A DNA stretch of 64,000 nucleotides. Source: the human T2T-CHM13v2.0 reference genome, Homo sapiens. The notes under the pieces are model-generated. The model saw only the letters and a list, made by a program, of their open reading frames with translations. It did not search any database and was not told the DNA's origin. The DNA lies in the NCBI RefSeq assembly GCF_009914755.1, contig NC_060943.1; one strand, written 5' to 3'. Below, piece after piece: positions 1 through 26,577 of the stretch; position 1 is the first letter of the stretch, and each line of letters begins with the position of its first letter. The position numbers were made by a program, and so were the translations under genes.

Positions 1-28
1 GTGGGATCACTGGCCCAGATGGACCGTA

Positions 29-338
<310 letters not shown>

Positions 339-907
339 TGAATCCCAGCTTTTTCACCTTCTTGCTGTGTGACCTTGGGCAGCTAGCTTCACCTCTCTGT
401 GCCTCAGTCCCTGCTCCTGGAAACTGGGCCCAGGAAACACCCTTGCCTGAAAGGGGATGTGGCCAGGCTTAATGCCAGGAAGATCACTTAGCACAGCCTT
501 GGGCGACTGTCGTGTTTTGGAAAGGGGGCCTGGAGTTTGAGCTAGCAGGGAGGAGGGTGACAAGGTGAAATCTAGACAGCCTGGAGGGCTCATTCCTCAT
601 TTGGTGCCGATTCAGGGCATTTTGGGACAGTGACACAATAATTGTAGGTTGAGTCAAGGGGACCAGAGGAAGTGAAGACAGGATCAGGACCTTTTCGGAG
701 GCAGAAGATACCTCTGGCCCCTGGCTGAGCATGAGGGGCAGGTGGAGGTGAAGACAGGAAGGGACTCATTGACTTCAGAGCGGACAGGTGCAGGACGGCG
801 GCTCTGACGGGCCTCCAGGTGCTCCCAGAACTCAGGACCAGGCCCCCAATGTTGTCCTTGGCAGCTGCGCCCTGAAGCTCCTTTCTTGCTTCTCCAGGTG
901 GGAGTAG

Positions 908-1375
<468 letters not shown>

Positions 1376-4300
1376 TAAAATGCTGGAATTACAGGCGTGA
1401 GCCACTACGCCCAGCCAGCTCTTAAAAAACGATGTCGGATCCACATCTCTTCCTGGATGGTAACCACCGGAGCACACATCTGTTGAGTGTTTGTACCCCA
1501 GCGCTCTGAATCCTCCCAACAACCCATGCATAGTACGTGTAGTTATTCTTGTGCCCACTTAACAGAATAGGAAACTGAGGCCCAGAGGAGGGATGAAGGG
1601 AGTTCTCCGAGGTCACACAGCCAAGAAATGGGAGTGGCATTGCCTCAGAAGTGCCCCAGGCCCTGGCCAGCGGCTACAGATCTGGGTCTGGAGGGCCAGG
1701 TGTGGATATAAACGTAGCTGGTTTCCAGGACACAGCTGTTTATGTGGTGCTGGCGTCTACTTTACCTAGGAATTATCCAACTCTAGGATCTCCCTCTTTT
1801 TTTTTTTTTTTTTTTTTTGAGACGAAATCTCACTCTGTTGCCCAGGCTGGAGTGCAGTGGCGCGATCTTGGCTCACTGCAACCTTGCCTTCTGGGTTCAA
1901 GCGATTCTCCTGCCTCAGCCTCCAGAGTAGCTGGGATTACAGGCACCTGCTACCACGCCTGGCTACTTTTTTCTATTTTTAGTAGAGATGGGGTTTCACC
2001 ATGATGGCCAGACTGGTCTCAAACTCCTGACTTCAGGTGATCCACCCACCTCGGCCTCCCAAAGTGCTGGGATTACAGGTGTGAGCCACTACCCCCGGCC
2101 AGGATCTCCCTCCTTTTTAAAAATCTTTTCCATTGACTCAGACAAATCGTGACTCAGGTTGGTTTCTGAACAGCCAAAGTGAGAATTCTCTGGTATGTTT
2201 TAGGCAGGTAATTCATGGTTCAGGAAGGACCAGGCAGGAATATGTGGGGTGGGGTGGCAGGGGAACATATCTTGACCTAGGAAGGGGTACAGTGAGCCTC
2301 GCTGTCATCTCCTCGCAGCTGGGGGAGGAAAAGATGGCATATTAGGGGCCGAGGGGGGCTGTCATTCCTGGTGCCCTGAAGAAGATGCCAGTCTGCAAAA
2401 CCTTTCTAGTTTCTTTTCCAGATGGAGTATTTTGTAGGGACAGGCTGGGGAGCAATGCACAGAGAGAAAGACGGAAGTGTTTTCTCGTTATATAAATCAG
2501 ATCGGCAGAGACCAGAGCCAAACCCCTGTTTATCCTAGCCTATGAGCTGCCTGATTTAAAGTAACCTCTGTTCCCATTCCAGAATCCTAGATTTGGAGAA
2601 AAATCTAAGTTGAAACCTCAGCGTGGCAGTCCCCAGCTGTACCCCCCATTTTTTAATCACCCCCTCATCCCCAACTTCAGACCTCAAAGTTTTGGCTGTT
2701 TCCCTTTTTTTTTTTCTTTCCTGCCCACTTCGTGAACGGGATGGAGGGACGGGGTCCCGGGACCCTGCAGATGGGAGCATGCCCGAGGCCCTGCCTGCTC
2801 ACCCGCTCCCCGGAGAGCCAGACAAAAAGAAACAGCATGTTTCTGAAGACTTGTGTGTCAGGCTTTGTGCACATTTCAGACAGGAGCCTTCACGGGGCTG
2901 AGTGGACACAAAGCCGGGTGTCTGAATTCCTGGGCCCCAGACACTGATCTACATCTAAATAGAAGAAAAATCAATTAAACAATCTTTGGAAATCCCTCCG
3001 AGCTTCGGGGCTTCTCGGATGGTGAAGGATGGCAGCTTTTTATCTTGTGGCCAGAGAGGAAATAGCCCTTCTCCTTGGTTCTCCTCTCTCCAGACCTGCA
3101 GTTTCCACTTTTTGCTTTCTTTTTTTTCTGGAGACACAGTTTCGTTCTTGTTGCCCAGACTGGAGTGCAATGTCACGGTATCAGCTCACTTCAACTTCCG
3201 CCTCCTGGGTTCAAGCGATTCTCCTGCCTCAGCCTCCCTTAGTAGCTGGGATTACAGCTGCGCACCACCAGGCCCGGCTAATTTTTGTATTTTTAGTACA
3301 GACGAGGTTTTGCCATGTTGACCAGGCTGGTCTTGAACTCCTGACCTCAGGGGATCCGCCCGCCTCGGCCTCCCAAAGTGCTGGGATTACAGGCGTGAGT
3401 CACTGCGCCCAGCCCCACTTTTCACTTTCTTCCCAAAGTTTAGGACACAAGATTCCCCACCATTCGCCTGCCAAAAAGATGCCAACCTTCTTAGATCTGA
3501 TTGTTTCACTTAAACAAAACAAAACAAAGTTTAACATATATACACCCAGAACACTCATTAGTGAAATTTTAGGCCTGATATGATGGCTCACGCTTGTAAT
3601 CCCAGCACTTTGGGAGGCTGAGGCAAGGAGTTCGAGACTATCCTGGCCAACATAGCAAGACCCCATCTCTAAAAAAAAAAAAATACAAACAGCCGGGAGT
3701 GGTGGCGCATGCCTGTAGTCCCAGCTACTCGGGAGGCTAATATGGGAGGATCACCTAAGCCTGGGGAGGTAGAGGCTGCAGTGAGCCCTCATAGTATCAC
3801 TGCACTCTAGCCCAGGTGACAGAGCTAGACCCTATCTCAAAAAAAAAAAAAAAAAAAAGAAAAGAAATTTGGCCAGGCACAGCGGCTCACGCCTGTAATC
3901 CTAGCGCTTTGGAAGGCTGAGGCGGGCAGATCGCTTGAGGTCAGGAGTCAAGACCAGCCTGACCAATATGGTGAAACCCTGTCTCTACTAAAAATACAAA
4001 AATTAGCCAGAAATCACTTGAACCCAGGAGGCAGAGGTTGCAGTAAGCCGAGATTGTGCCACTGCACTCCAGCCTGGGTGACAAAGCGAGACTCTGTCTC
4101 AAAAAAAAAAAAGAAATTTTACATATGTGCACCCCCAAGGCCAGGTCAAGATCTCGAACATTCTCTGGTTCTTCCTCGCATTCTTCACAGAAGCCCCACA
4201 TAGCCTCTCCCCCAAGTACTCCCAAGCCCTCCCGATGTAAACCTCTGCAGACTTTTTTGCGCCACTAGGTGAATTTTGCCTGTTCCAGAAGTTGGCAGGA

Positions 4301-4584
4301 ACAAGCAGCTTCCAGGTGCCACACCTCTGCGAGAACCGCCCCTGGAGTTGCTGCTTGGTTCCTTCCTGTCCTGGATTTGCCTGTTAGAAAGGTGTCACTG
4401 CTGGATGGGTTGAATCCATTCCTCCAAAAAATGTGCCCTGGAGTGTTGTTGGTGTAATGCAGGCAACTGTTGCCAGGCGTCACCTCCACCCAAAGATGGG
4501 TGTTTTGTTCTGCACTGTGGGTGGCAATTGCTTCCTGCCGTGACCGATTTTTCGGAAGCTCCTCATCCTTCAGGGACCCCCTAA

Positions 4585-5983
<1,399 letters not shown>

Positions 5984-6813
5984 TGATCCGCCTGCCTTGG
6001 CCTCCCAAAGTGCTGGGATTACAGGCATGAGCCACCGCGCCCGGCCTGTCTCCGTCTCTTCTGATCCTTTCTCTTTGTCCCCTGGGTGAAGTCATGCCCA
6101 CAGCATAGGTGGAACTGTTTCCCACCCGCAGTGTTCAGGAGGTGGGAGTTGGTGGGGTACAGAGGGGACCCCCCCCTTGTCTTTCCTGGGATGGCAGCTT
6201 CCCCCAGCACCCCAAGCACGAGGCACCATGTGTCTCGTGTGTCCCGTCTCCCCTACCTCTCAGGGTGGACTGGGGCACTGGCTGTGTTTCTCTTCCGAGG
6301 AGGTGCAGGTGGGTGTTAAGGGCTGGGGAGCTCCGGGGCTCGGGGCCATCTGGGGTGTCTCTTGCCAAAGCTGGGTGAGGAGGACCCGGGTCACAGAACT
6401 TGGTAACATCACGGGACAATTGCTGCCACAGTGAGTCTAGACAGACCTGCTAAGGATATTACCAGGGAACAAAGAGGGTCTTTGTCGTGGGGTCAGGGGA
6501 ATCGGTCAGACGAGGCTGCGCGGCGGGGTCCTGTCAGGTAGATGGGGTGTAGACAATGGGGCGTCTGCCCGAGCCCCGTCCTTTCACGGTGTATGCTTTG
6601 ATGGTGCATGAGGCCGGGTGTGCTGCTGGCAAAGTGATGTGGGACTTGGGGTGCCCTGCCCCCCTTCTCCCGGAGGAGAACCATCCAACCCTTTTGGAAC
6701 AGAGCGTGTTCAGAGGCTAAGACTTCAGCCAGATTACCAGCCACACACTTCCTTCTAGTGCCAGATACACTGTATGGCAGGTGGCTCCCTGCCGTTACCC
6801 TATTTAAAATTGA

Positions 6814-7044
<231 letters not shown>

Positions 7045-7256
7045 TAAATTTTATTTTTTGTAGAGATGGGATCTCACTATATTGCCCTGGCTGGTCTTGA
7101 ACTTCCGGGCTCAAATGATCCTTCCACCTCGGCCTCCCAAAGAAGCTGGGATTATAGGTGTGAGCCACCGAGCCCTGCCATCAGGTGGGTCTTGGCAAAC
7201 ACACACATGAACACCTCTCTTGTGACTGCAGGTCTTGGGGTATGTGTATATGCTGA

Positions 7257-7586
<330 letters not shown>

Positions 7587-8182
7587 TGAATACAGCTTTC
7601 CCTGTTGATTTTTAAAGTAACACATCCCATGAGACTCAAGACATCACCTTGTGCCCATTAGGGAAAAGACAGAAAAGAGGCAGATCTGTTGATATGGGAC
7701 TATGGGTTGTTTTATTTTATTGTTTTTGATTTTGTAAAACACTGAAATGGTTTAAAAGTCAAAATCATGCGATGAGTTTTTTGCATAGAAGTCTCCCTCC
7801 CGTCCCCATCGCCGCTCCCATTCCTTCCTTGCCCAGAAGGTGGCACAGTCTCGCCACGGGTCATGCCGGGAAATCCCTCCAGGTTGGTCCAAACAGAGAT
7901 TACTCATTCTTTTAAATATTTTCATTTTGTTTTTAATTTTGATGAAATCCAGTTTATCAATTATTTTTCTTTTATTGTCTGTGCTTTTCGTGTCATTTGG
8001 TGTGTGGGGGCTTTTTGGTCTTTTTTCGAGATGGGGTCTCACTGTGTTGCCCAGGCTGACCTCAAACTCCTGGCCTCAAGTGGTCCGCCCCAGTAGCTGG
8101 GATTACAGGCATGAGCCACTGTGCCTGGCTGCTGATTTGTTTTTTGTTTGTTGGTTTGTTTTGAGACACAGCGAGACTCTAG

Positions 8183-8377
<195 letters not shown>

Positions 8378-8893
8378 TGATCTATCCATCTCGACCTTCC
8401 AAAGTGCTGGGATTACAGGCATGAGCCACTGCACCCGGCCTGTTGATTTGTTTTTAAGAGAAAAGAGCTCTGTGGGTCTCCTCTTGGAGATTAGGGGAAG
8501 ACGCATTTATAAACGGTAAAATTTTCTCCTCTGGGACGTATTGAATATGAGGTGGGAAAACCAGGCTTCAGTGTAACGATCTCTCTCAATAGCAAGTATG
8601 TATTGACTGATCTGCAGTGCAGCAATGCCCCTACTTGGCATTTATGCCCCACCCATCAGCATGAGAAGTTTGCATGAGGACGTTCACTGCAGCTTGGCTT
8701 TACAGTAAGGAAAATTAGAAGCCACTTAGATGTTCCAATGTAGGGGAATGTTTAAATCCATAGTGACCAGTTTCTGAGGTGGAGTATTATGCAGCAGAGA
8801 AAAGGATGCGCTGAGATCTCCGTATAGTAATGTAGACAGATCTCTGAAATAGACTGCTGAGTGGAGCAAACAGAGTTGCAGGATAAAATCAAT

Positions 8894-11636
<2,743 letters not shown>

Positions 11637-11639
11637 AAA

Positions 11640-12060
11640 TTAATCATTTTAAAGTATATAATTGCATGGCATTAAGTACACTCACTGTGTTGCGCAACCA
11701 TCATCTCTATCTAGTTCCAGAACATTCCATCACCCGAAAAGGAGACCCTGTCCCCATCAGTAGCCATTCTCCATTCCCCTCCCTCAGCCCCTGGCAGCCA
11801 CTCGTCTGCTTCCTGTCTCTATGGATTTGCCTGCTCTGGGCATTTCATATCAATGGAATCATACAATATGTGGCCTTTTGTGTCTGGCTTCTCTCACTCA
11901 GCATCATGTTTTCAAAGTTCATCCACATTGTACCACGGATCAGTGCTTCTTTCCTTTTCATGGCTGAATCGTATTCCATCGGATGGATGGACCATATTTC
12001 ATTTATCCATCTGTTGATGGGCATTTGTGCTATTTCTACCTTTTGGCTTTTGTGAATACT
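11640..12060 (-). mobile_element. Old L1 (L1MB-type) 3' fragment
   Basis: ...ccatcatctctatctagttccagaacatt...aatggaatcatacaatatgtggccttttgtgtctggcttctctcactcagcat...; typical L1M 3'UTR. Confidence 0.8.
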
Positions 12061-12082
12061 AGAGAGGCTTCTTTTTACAAAT

Positions 12083-15221
<3,139 letters not shown>

Positions 15222-15509
15222 TTATTGAACTAACTCCGCTGGATGGCTAGTTAACTTGTTTGCAGTATTTGATTTTGATAACAAGAACAGCTGCAGTGAA
15301 CAGCCCTTCATGTTTCAAATTCTTGCCTGTCTTACATGGCATACCTTTTTCCAAGAGTGACTGCAGGGTCTATTCTAGCAGCAAGAGGTCAGAAACAACA
15401 CAACCCCAGGCAGAGCTCATTAAGGATGCTGCCTTTTCCCTGGCCTCAGGGGGACCCCTCTGAGTCCCACGGGCAGGCCATGTTAAGTCCTGCCCCTGTC
15501 TGTGTGCAG

Positions 15510-15742
15510 CTGGTGGTGCATGTGGGGGTGTCAGGCATGGCGACCACAGTCACACTGGAGAAATGTGGACACAACAAGGGCTACAAGGGGCTGGACAACT
15601 GCCGCTTTTGCCCCGGCTCCCAGTGCTGCGTGGAGGACGGGCCTGAAAGCATTGACTCCATCATCGACATGGATGCTGTGTGCAAGCGAGTCACCACGTT
15701 GGGCCTGGATGTGTCGGTGACCATCTCGCAGGATGCCGGCAG
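15510..15742 (+). CDS. PGPEP1: Pyroglutamyl-peptidase I, coding exon 4 (233 nt), contains catalytic Glu
   Basis: tgtgcag|CTG GTG GTG CAT...GCC GGC AG|gtaggg; ORF 15336..15746 contains LVVHVGVSGMATTVTLEKCGHNKGY...ISQDAGR. Confidence 0.97.
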
Positions 15743-16052
15743 GTAGGGCCCTGTGGGGTGGGAGTGAGTGGGGATTTCCCTCCTCCACCCACTGAGCCTG
15801 GTGTAGAACAAGCCAAGCGTGTTGACCTTGGCCTCTTTGGACCAAGCACTCAGTGTATACTAGGCACAGAGCCAAGTATTTGTACGTAGCAGGTGCCGTT
15901 GGTTCTGCTCCTGGGACTCATGGATCTGCCCACTTCTCCCCACCATCACGGTCCCCACCAAGGCCCCCAGCATCTCCCACCTGGACACTGCCCCAGCCTC
16001 CATCTCAGTCTTCCTCCCTGCTGCCTCCACCCCAACCCAAGCAGTCAGTTTC

Positions 16053-17095
<1,043 letters not shown>

Positions 17096-17130
17096 TTCTA
17101 TTGCAAAAGGTCTTTTATAAATTTAAATCA

Positions 17131-17337
<207 letters not shown>

Positions 17338-17652
17338 TCAGTCTGGGCAACAGAGCAAGACCCTGTTGGCTCTAAATAAATAAATGCATGTGTTCCTTTC
17401 CTAGACCTTCCCTATGGCTCCCATTGCACATAGAATAAAATTCCAACCCTGGCCCTTGGCCCGCCTCTCCACCCCGCTCTGCCTCTACTCACCCCATATC
17501 CATTGCACTCCAGACACATGAACCAGCTTCCTCCTGCTCCTCAAACACACCAAGTTCACTCCAGCCTCAGGGCCTTTGAACACCCTATGGCCTCTGCCCA
17601 GAACACCTTCCTCTGGGAACACCTCTTTCCAGTCTTTTTTTTTTTTTTTTGA

Positions 17653-17760
<108 letters not shown>

Positions 17761-18933
17761 TAGCTGGGATTACAGGCGTGCGCCATCATTCCCAGCTAAC
17801 TTTTGTATTTTTAGTAGAGGCGGGGTTTTGCCATATTGGCCACACCAGGGTGGTCTCGAACTCCCGACCTCAAGTGATCCACCCACCTCAGCCTCCCAAA
17901 GTGCTGGAATTATAGGCCTGAGCCACCGCGCCTGGCCCTCTTTCCAGTCTTAATTCCAACACGAGTCACCTCCTTGTGACTTGTAGGCCTCTCCAACTCC
18001 CCAGACCAAGTTATACCCTCCCAGCACCAGCTTCCTCACTTTTCCCTAATCTGTGCGCTTGTCCAACTCAAAGGCAGCTATTGGTCAATGCAGTTGAGTA
18101 GCTGAAGGAAGGAATGCCTGGATTTACCATCAGGATTTTTGTTTTTGGAGACAGGATCTCGCTCTGTTGCATAGGCTGGAGTCAAGTAGTATAATCACAG
18201 CTCACTGCAGCCTCCATCTCCTGGGATTAAGTGATCCCCCGCCTCAGCCTCCCGAGTAGCTGGGACTGCAGATGGACACCACCACGTCCAGCTAATTTTT
18301 GTATTTTTTGTAGAGATAGAATCTTGCTACATTGCCCAGGCAGGTCTTGAATTCCTGGGCTCAAGTGATCCTTGTGCCTCGGCCTCCCAAAGTGCTGGGA
18401 TTATAGGCAAAAGCCACCGCACACCACTGAGTTCTTTTTAAAGCTAACTTTTTCTCTTTTTTAATTGAAAACTAATTGTTATTTAGTTGTTTATTTATTT
18501 TGACAGGATCTCGTTCTGTATCCCAGGCTAGAGTGCAGTGGCAAAATCACAGCTCATTGCAGCCTTGACTTTTTGGGCTTAGGTGATCCTCCCACCTCAG
18601 CCTCCCAGGTAGCACAACCAAACCCAGCTAATTTATTTTTTATTTTTATTTTTTTTGAGACAGAGTCTTGCTCTGTCGCCCAGGCTGGAGCCAGGCTGCA
18701 GTATTGTGGCACAATCTTGGCTTGCTGCAACCTCCACCTCCCGGGTTCAAGCGATTCTCCTGCCTCAGCCTCCTGAGTAGCTGGGATTACAGGTGCCCAT
18801 CACCACACCCAGCTAATTTTTGTATTTTTAGTAGAGATAGGGTTTTATCATGTTGGCCAGGCTGGTCTCGAACTCCTGACCTCAGGTGATTCGCCTGCCT
18901 CGGCCTCCCAAAGTGCTGGGATTACAGGCATGA

Positions 18934-19725
<792 letters not shown>

Positions 19726-20341
19726 TAAAATTAATTTTTAATCATAGGTAACTCTAGAACATATCCTCATATGTCTAATTGGGAAAAATTCTCATTCCCT
19801 CTCTTTTTCCATAGCGGTCCCTCTGATAAGTCAGACACGGAAACCATGAAGCTCCTACTGACTGACACGTTTCCGTACATATATACATCACTTGGCCTGC
19901 TGCTTTATGATTTTATCTTGTTTTGCTTTGCTTTTACGTGGATGGAGTCACATGGCGAAAGTCACACTTACTGAGAATTCTCATCCTTAGTTTTCATTTG
20001 TGAGCGTTCAACATGCATCTGGCGAGTTCTCCATTTTTTTCTGGCTGTACCACATTCCTTGTAAACAGATTCATAGGATTCCATGGTGTGGATAAACCAG
20101 AGTTTACTAAGCCACTCCCTGTCAGTGGGCTTTAGGTTGCTTTCTGTTTTCCTGCTTTTATACATAATACGATGGGGAGCATCCCTGTTTGTACTTTCTT
20201 GTACCCTTGTGCAGATGGTTCCTGAGGGTAGATCTAAAAACGGGAAATAGGCCAGGCGTGGTGGCTCACGCCTGTAATCCCAGCACTTTGGGAGGCCGAG
20301 GCAGGCGAATCACTCGAGGTCAGGCGTTCCAGACCTGCCTA

Positions 20342-20584
<243 letters not shown>

Positions 20585-20704
20585 TCACACCTGTAATCCC
20601 AGCACTTTGGGAGGCTGAGGTAGGCGGATCACTACAGGTCAGGAGTTTCAGAACAGCCTGGCCAGCATGGTGAAACCCTGTCTCTACTAAAAATACAAAA
20701 ATTA

Positions 20705-20908
<204 letters not shown>

Positions 20909-21155
20909 TCAGGAGGGTGGGGTAGGAGGATCGCTGGAGGCCAGGTTGCACTCCAAACTGGGTGACAGAGTGAGACCCTGTCTCAATAAACAAAAAATGG
21001 AAATACCAGGTTGTAAAGTCTGGGTGATTATAATTTTACTAGCCTGACAAATTGCCTTCCACACGGGGACAACCAGCGTGCCTTCCCACCAGCAACAGCT
21101 CACTCTGCCCATTTCCCCACATGTGCCACAGCACTGGGAGTTATCAAGTTTTTTT

Positions 21156-21159
<4 letters not shown>

Positions 21160-21206
<47 letters not shown>
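21160..21206. repeat. (TG)n microsatellite, ~23 units
   Basis: Pure gt run in PGPEP1 intron 4. Confidence 0.95.
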
Positions 21207-21209
<3 letters not shown>

Positions 21210-21528
21210 AAAGAGACAGGATCTCACTCTCTCACCCAGGCTGAGTACAGTGGTGCAATCATGGCTCACTGCAGCCTTGACCTCCTGGGCTCAAACAATC
21301 CTCCCGCCTCAACCTCCTGAGTAGCTGGGACTACAGGCACGTGCCACCACCTCTGGTGATTTTTTTTCATCTTTGCCAACCTGGGGAGGGAGGAGAGTGT
21401 TGTTCCATCTTGTGGGTTGCTGGTAAGGTCTTCCCTTGGATTTGGATGGGTGCTGTCACCTTGGTCTACGGATTGCCCCTCTGACCCCGTTTTGGTCTCT
21501 CTCTTACCCGCCACGCCCTGCGGCTTAG

Positions 21529-21721
21529 ATATCTCTGCGACTTTACCTACTACACCTCTTTGTACCAGAGTCACGGTCGATCAGCCTTCGTCCACGTGCC
21601 CCCACTGGGGAAGCCGTACAACGCGGACCAGCTGGGCAGGGCACTGAGAGCCATCATTGAGGAGATGTTGGACCTCCTGGAGCAGTCAGAGGGCAAAATC
21701 AACTATTGCCACAAACACTGA
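21529..21721 (+). CDS. PGPEP1: Pyroglutamyl-peptidase I, last coding exon (catalytic Cys and His), stop TGA 21719-21721
   Basis: cttag|A TAT CTC TGC GAC TTT...CAC TGA encodes (R)YLCDFTYYTSLYQSHGRSAFVHVPPLGKPYNADQLGRALRAIIEEMLDLLEQSEGKINYCHKH*; DAGRYLC and FVHVP motifs of family C15. Confidence 0.97.
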
Positions 21722-22206
21722 GGGACGCTCAGGTCTCCTAAGACCTCATCCTGCTGGGGACCCCACGAGGGGACATCCACCCTCTGGGGTGTGGCCAGGA
21801 AAAGACAAGCTCTTCAGCTTGGGGATCCGATCTGGAAGAGAGATTCTGATCTGCCCACCTCCTCTTCCTCCTTCTCTACAAAAGCTCCGGTTGATTCGAG
21901 GGAAGTGGTGAAAATTTTTTTTTCTCCCATTTTCCTCCCTGCATCTGGGGACACAGCTGCCGTGACCAGGGAGGCCAGCCTGGGAGGTCCAGATGCCCAG
22001 GGAGAATCTTGGTCTGGTGAATCCATGAGCTGCGATACCACGGCTGGGGCCATATGTTCACCTGCTTTCCTGTCCGTTGGTGAAGGAATTTCAGAATTCA
22101 TTTTATATCCAAGACTGGCTTTTACCAAATTTAAAAGCCTCTCAATGCGTCCTCGACCTTGAACTGTGCTCAACAGCCTGGCCCTTTCTGGGGCCACCCT
22201 GGGATA

Positions 22207-22225
22207 TGGCTGGCTGGCTGGCTTG

Positions 22226-22256
<31 letters not shown>

Positions 22257-22310
22257 GCTTTCTTTCTTTCTTGCTTTCTTTCTTCTCTCTCTCTCTTTTT
22301 TTTTTTTTTT
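22207..22310. repeat. Compound (TGGC)n-(TTTC)n-(TC)n-Tn microsatellite in the PGPEP1 3'UTR
   Basis: tggctggctggctggcttgctttctttctttc...tctctc tttt. Confidence 0.9.
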
Positions 22311-22374
22311 AAAATAGTGCTAGTTTGGGCACAGAGTAATTTATATTCCCTTTGGTTAAAATGCAGGCTTTTTA

Positions 22375-23014
<640 letters not shown>

Positions 23015-23129
23015 CTACTTCTGGCCTGGAGCTTCAGGGTTTTGGTGCTGGGACGAGTTTGTTGTTCTCCTTAGCGGGGTGGCGCGGGGGGCTCAAAACG
23101 GGGGCGCGGGGGCTGGAGTTGGCAGAGCT

Positions 23130-23149
23130 CTGCATGTCCCGGCATGTCT
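23130..23149. promoter_or_regulatory. Candidate p53 response element
   Basis: CTGCATGTCC CGGCATGTCT: two CATG-core decamers, zero spacer, 3 mismatches to RRRCWWGYYY x2, all in RRR positions. Confidence 0.6.
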
Positions 23150-23275
23150 GAGCAGGAGGAATTCCGGGCGGCCAAAGGGTTTTATGTAGATTGCTTTTGG
23201 ACACTCGCCCAGGAGTCAGGAGTTGATTTTTATCTCACTTCCTGGTAACCTTGAACTTACCAGGCAGGGATGAGA

Positions 23276-23303
23276 TGACGTAAACTTCCTCAGATGATGT
23301 AAG
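23276..23303 (+). promoter_or_regulatory. Tandem ATF/CRE-like and C/EBP-ATF (CARE/AARE-like) sites
   Basis: TGACGTAA (23276-23283) and TGATGTAAG (23295-23303; fits TGATGxAAx). Confidence 0.5.
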
Positions 23304-24460
23304 TTCAGCCACATCTTGCTGCCCATTAGGGAGAGAGGACGACCCCCACAGTGAAAGTAATTGAGTGAAATGCACGTTCTGGAAATCAGTTTCTATTTTG
23401 GCCTGGAGGAATGTGGCTATACTGCTTCCCTGAGTGTGACACAGTTGGAATCTAATCTTGTTGGTTTCCCAACATCTAGGTTTTTGTTTGTTTGTTTGTT
23501 TTTATGATAGGGTCTTGTTCTGTTGACCAGGCTGGAGTACAGTAGTGTGATCATGGATCACTGCAGCCTCTACCTCCTGGGCTCAAGTGATCCTCCCATC
23601 TCAGCCTCCTGAGTAGCTGGGACTACAGGCATGCACCACCACACCTGGCTAATTTTTAAATTTTTTATACAGACAGGGTTTCACCATGTTGCCCAGGCTG
23701 GTCTCGAACTCCTGGACTCAAACTGATCCTCCTTTCTCGGCCTCCCAAAGTGCTGGGATTACAGGCATGAGCCACTGCACCCAGCCCAGTTCTTTCTTAA
23801 AACAGCTGAGAGTTTTGTTTTCTTCAGCGTTCACCTTCCTTGTCTCCAGTTCCGATGCTGGCAGTGGTTCCTACCTCTGTTGGGTTTCTAGATAGTTTGG
23901 GAACGGGGTTGATGGGTTTCTGTGAAACACATTTTCCAAGTCTTGGGCTTTCTCTGGAGGGGAAGGTGGATGCTGGCGGGTGACTTGCAGTGGGCGCCTG
24001 GCAGTGGGTGTGGACTGTAACTGACAGGTGGAAATGAGTAGGGACACTATTGTTCCCTCCATGCCAGCTTTTTTTTTGCTGGAAATGCCCCCTCCACACC
24101 CCTGGTAGCTCTGTGTCCTGAGAAATCCAGAGTGTGGGAGACATCACTGCATCTGTCCCCCCAGCTTCTGTGAAGGGAAGCTGTGGCCTCTTTTGAATGT
24201 GGGGAACAACTGAAGACTCAGGGGTCACCCAGAGGTCTGGTGGAAAGCAACTTCAGGTTTCATCTTGCTCTATTCCTCAAAGGTCTGGTCTGTGGGCCTC
24301 TGAGGAGAAAACAGGTCTAGCCAAGACAGGGACAAAATGGGGAAGGGGGTGTGCCAGGCCTGAACTGAGCTAAGCACCTGCCCCGGGCTCCACACTTCCA
24401 TCTTTCTTTTGTCTTCATTTCACCTCTGTGTTTAAAGCACTGTGTGACATAGCTCCTTAG

Positions 24461-25060
<600 letters not shown>

Positions 25061-26145
25061 TGAGGCAGGAGAATCCCTTGAGCCAGGAGTTCAAGACCAG
25101 CCTGGGCAACATAGCAAGAGATCCCATATCTACCAAAACATACAAAAATTAGCCAGATGTGGTGGTGCATGCCTGTGGTCCCAGATACTCAGGAGGCTGA
25201 GGCAGGAGGATCACCTATGCCTGGGAGGTTGAAGCCCCAGTGAGCCATGATCACACCACTGTAGTCCAGCCTGGGTGACACAGCAAGACTCTGTCTCAAA
25301 AAAAAAAAAAAAAAAAAATCCTCATGCAAGAAGGGAAGGACCAAGTCCCATTCCCTCTTGCCTCATTTTCAGAGCCTGGGGTAGGGGCTACAGGTGGCAT
25401 AGGAAGGGTCTGCAAGGTGGGTGGGACTTGGCAGGTGTTGGGAAGAGGAATAGGGGTGGCAAGTGTCAATGGTGAAAAGACAGGCTGAGGGGTGTGGTGG
25501 GAAGGCTGGGGGAGAAAGGTGAGAAGTGATTGGGGGGGCTTCCCTGATGAGTCCTCATGGAGGGTGCTGAGGCAGGGAACAGGGGTGCAGGGACAGTGAT
25601 CAGGGCACCTGGTACCCTGACCAACTTGATGATGGCATCTCTTTTAAGATGCCCAAGTCTGCGCACTTTTATTCCTTTATTCGGCCCCTAGCACCCCCTC
25701 CCCACCCCAAAGAAGGTCAGTTGCATGCGTGTGGGGATGTAGCTCAAAAAAGAAATAAGATGGAGTGGAAAGGAAAGAAAGGAAGAAGCAGGAATTCAAG
25801 GTGGGTGGGCTGAGCTTGGGGCCACCTAGCCCACCTGCTCCAATCAAGGGCTGGAACAAACCTGAGGCCACTTGGAGAGGCAGGGCTGGGCAGGGACAGG
25901 GGGTGGGGGCCGAAATCACAGCTTCCCCATCAGAGCCAGATGTGTGAAGGAAATGTCCCAGATGGCAGTAGTTTCTCGGCAAGGAGGGGAATCCTGGAGA
26001 TGGTTCATGTCTGTGATCCCAGTGCTTTGGGAGGCTGAGGTGGGAGGATTGCTTGAGCCCGGGAGTTCGAGACCAGCCCTGGGCAACATGGCGAGACCCC
26101 ATCTCTACAGAAATTAAAAAAAAAAATTAGCCAGTTGTGGTGTCA

Positions 26146-26577
<432 letters not shown>

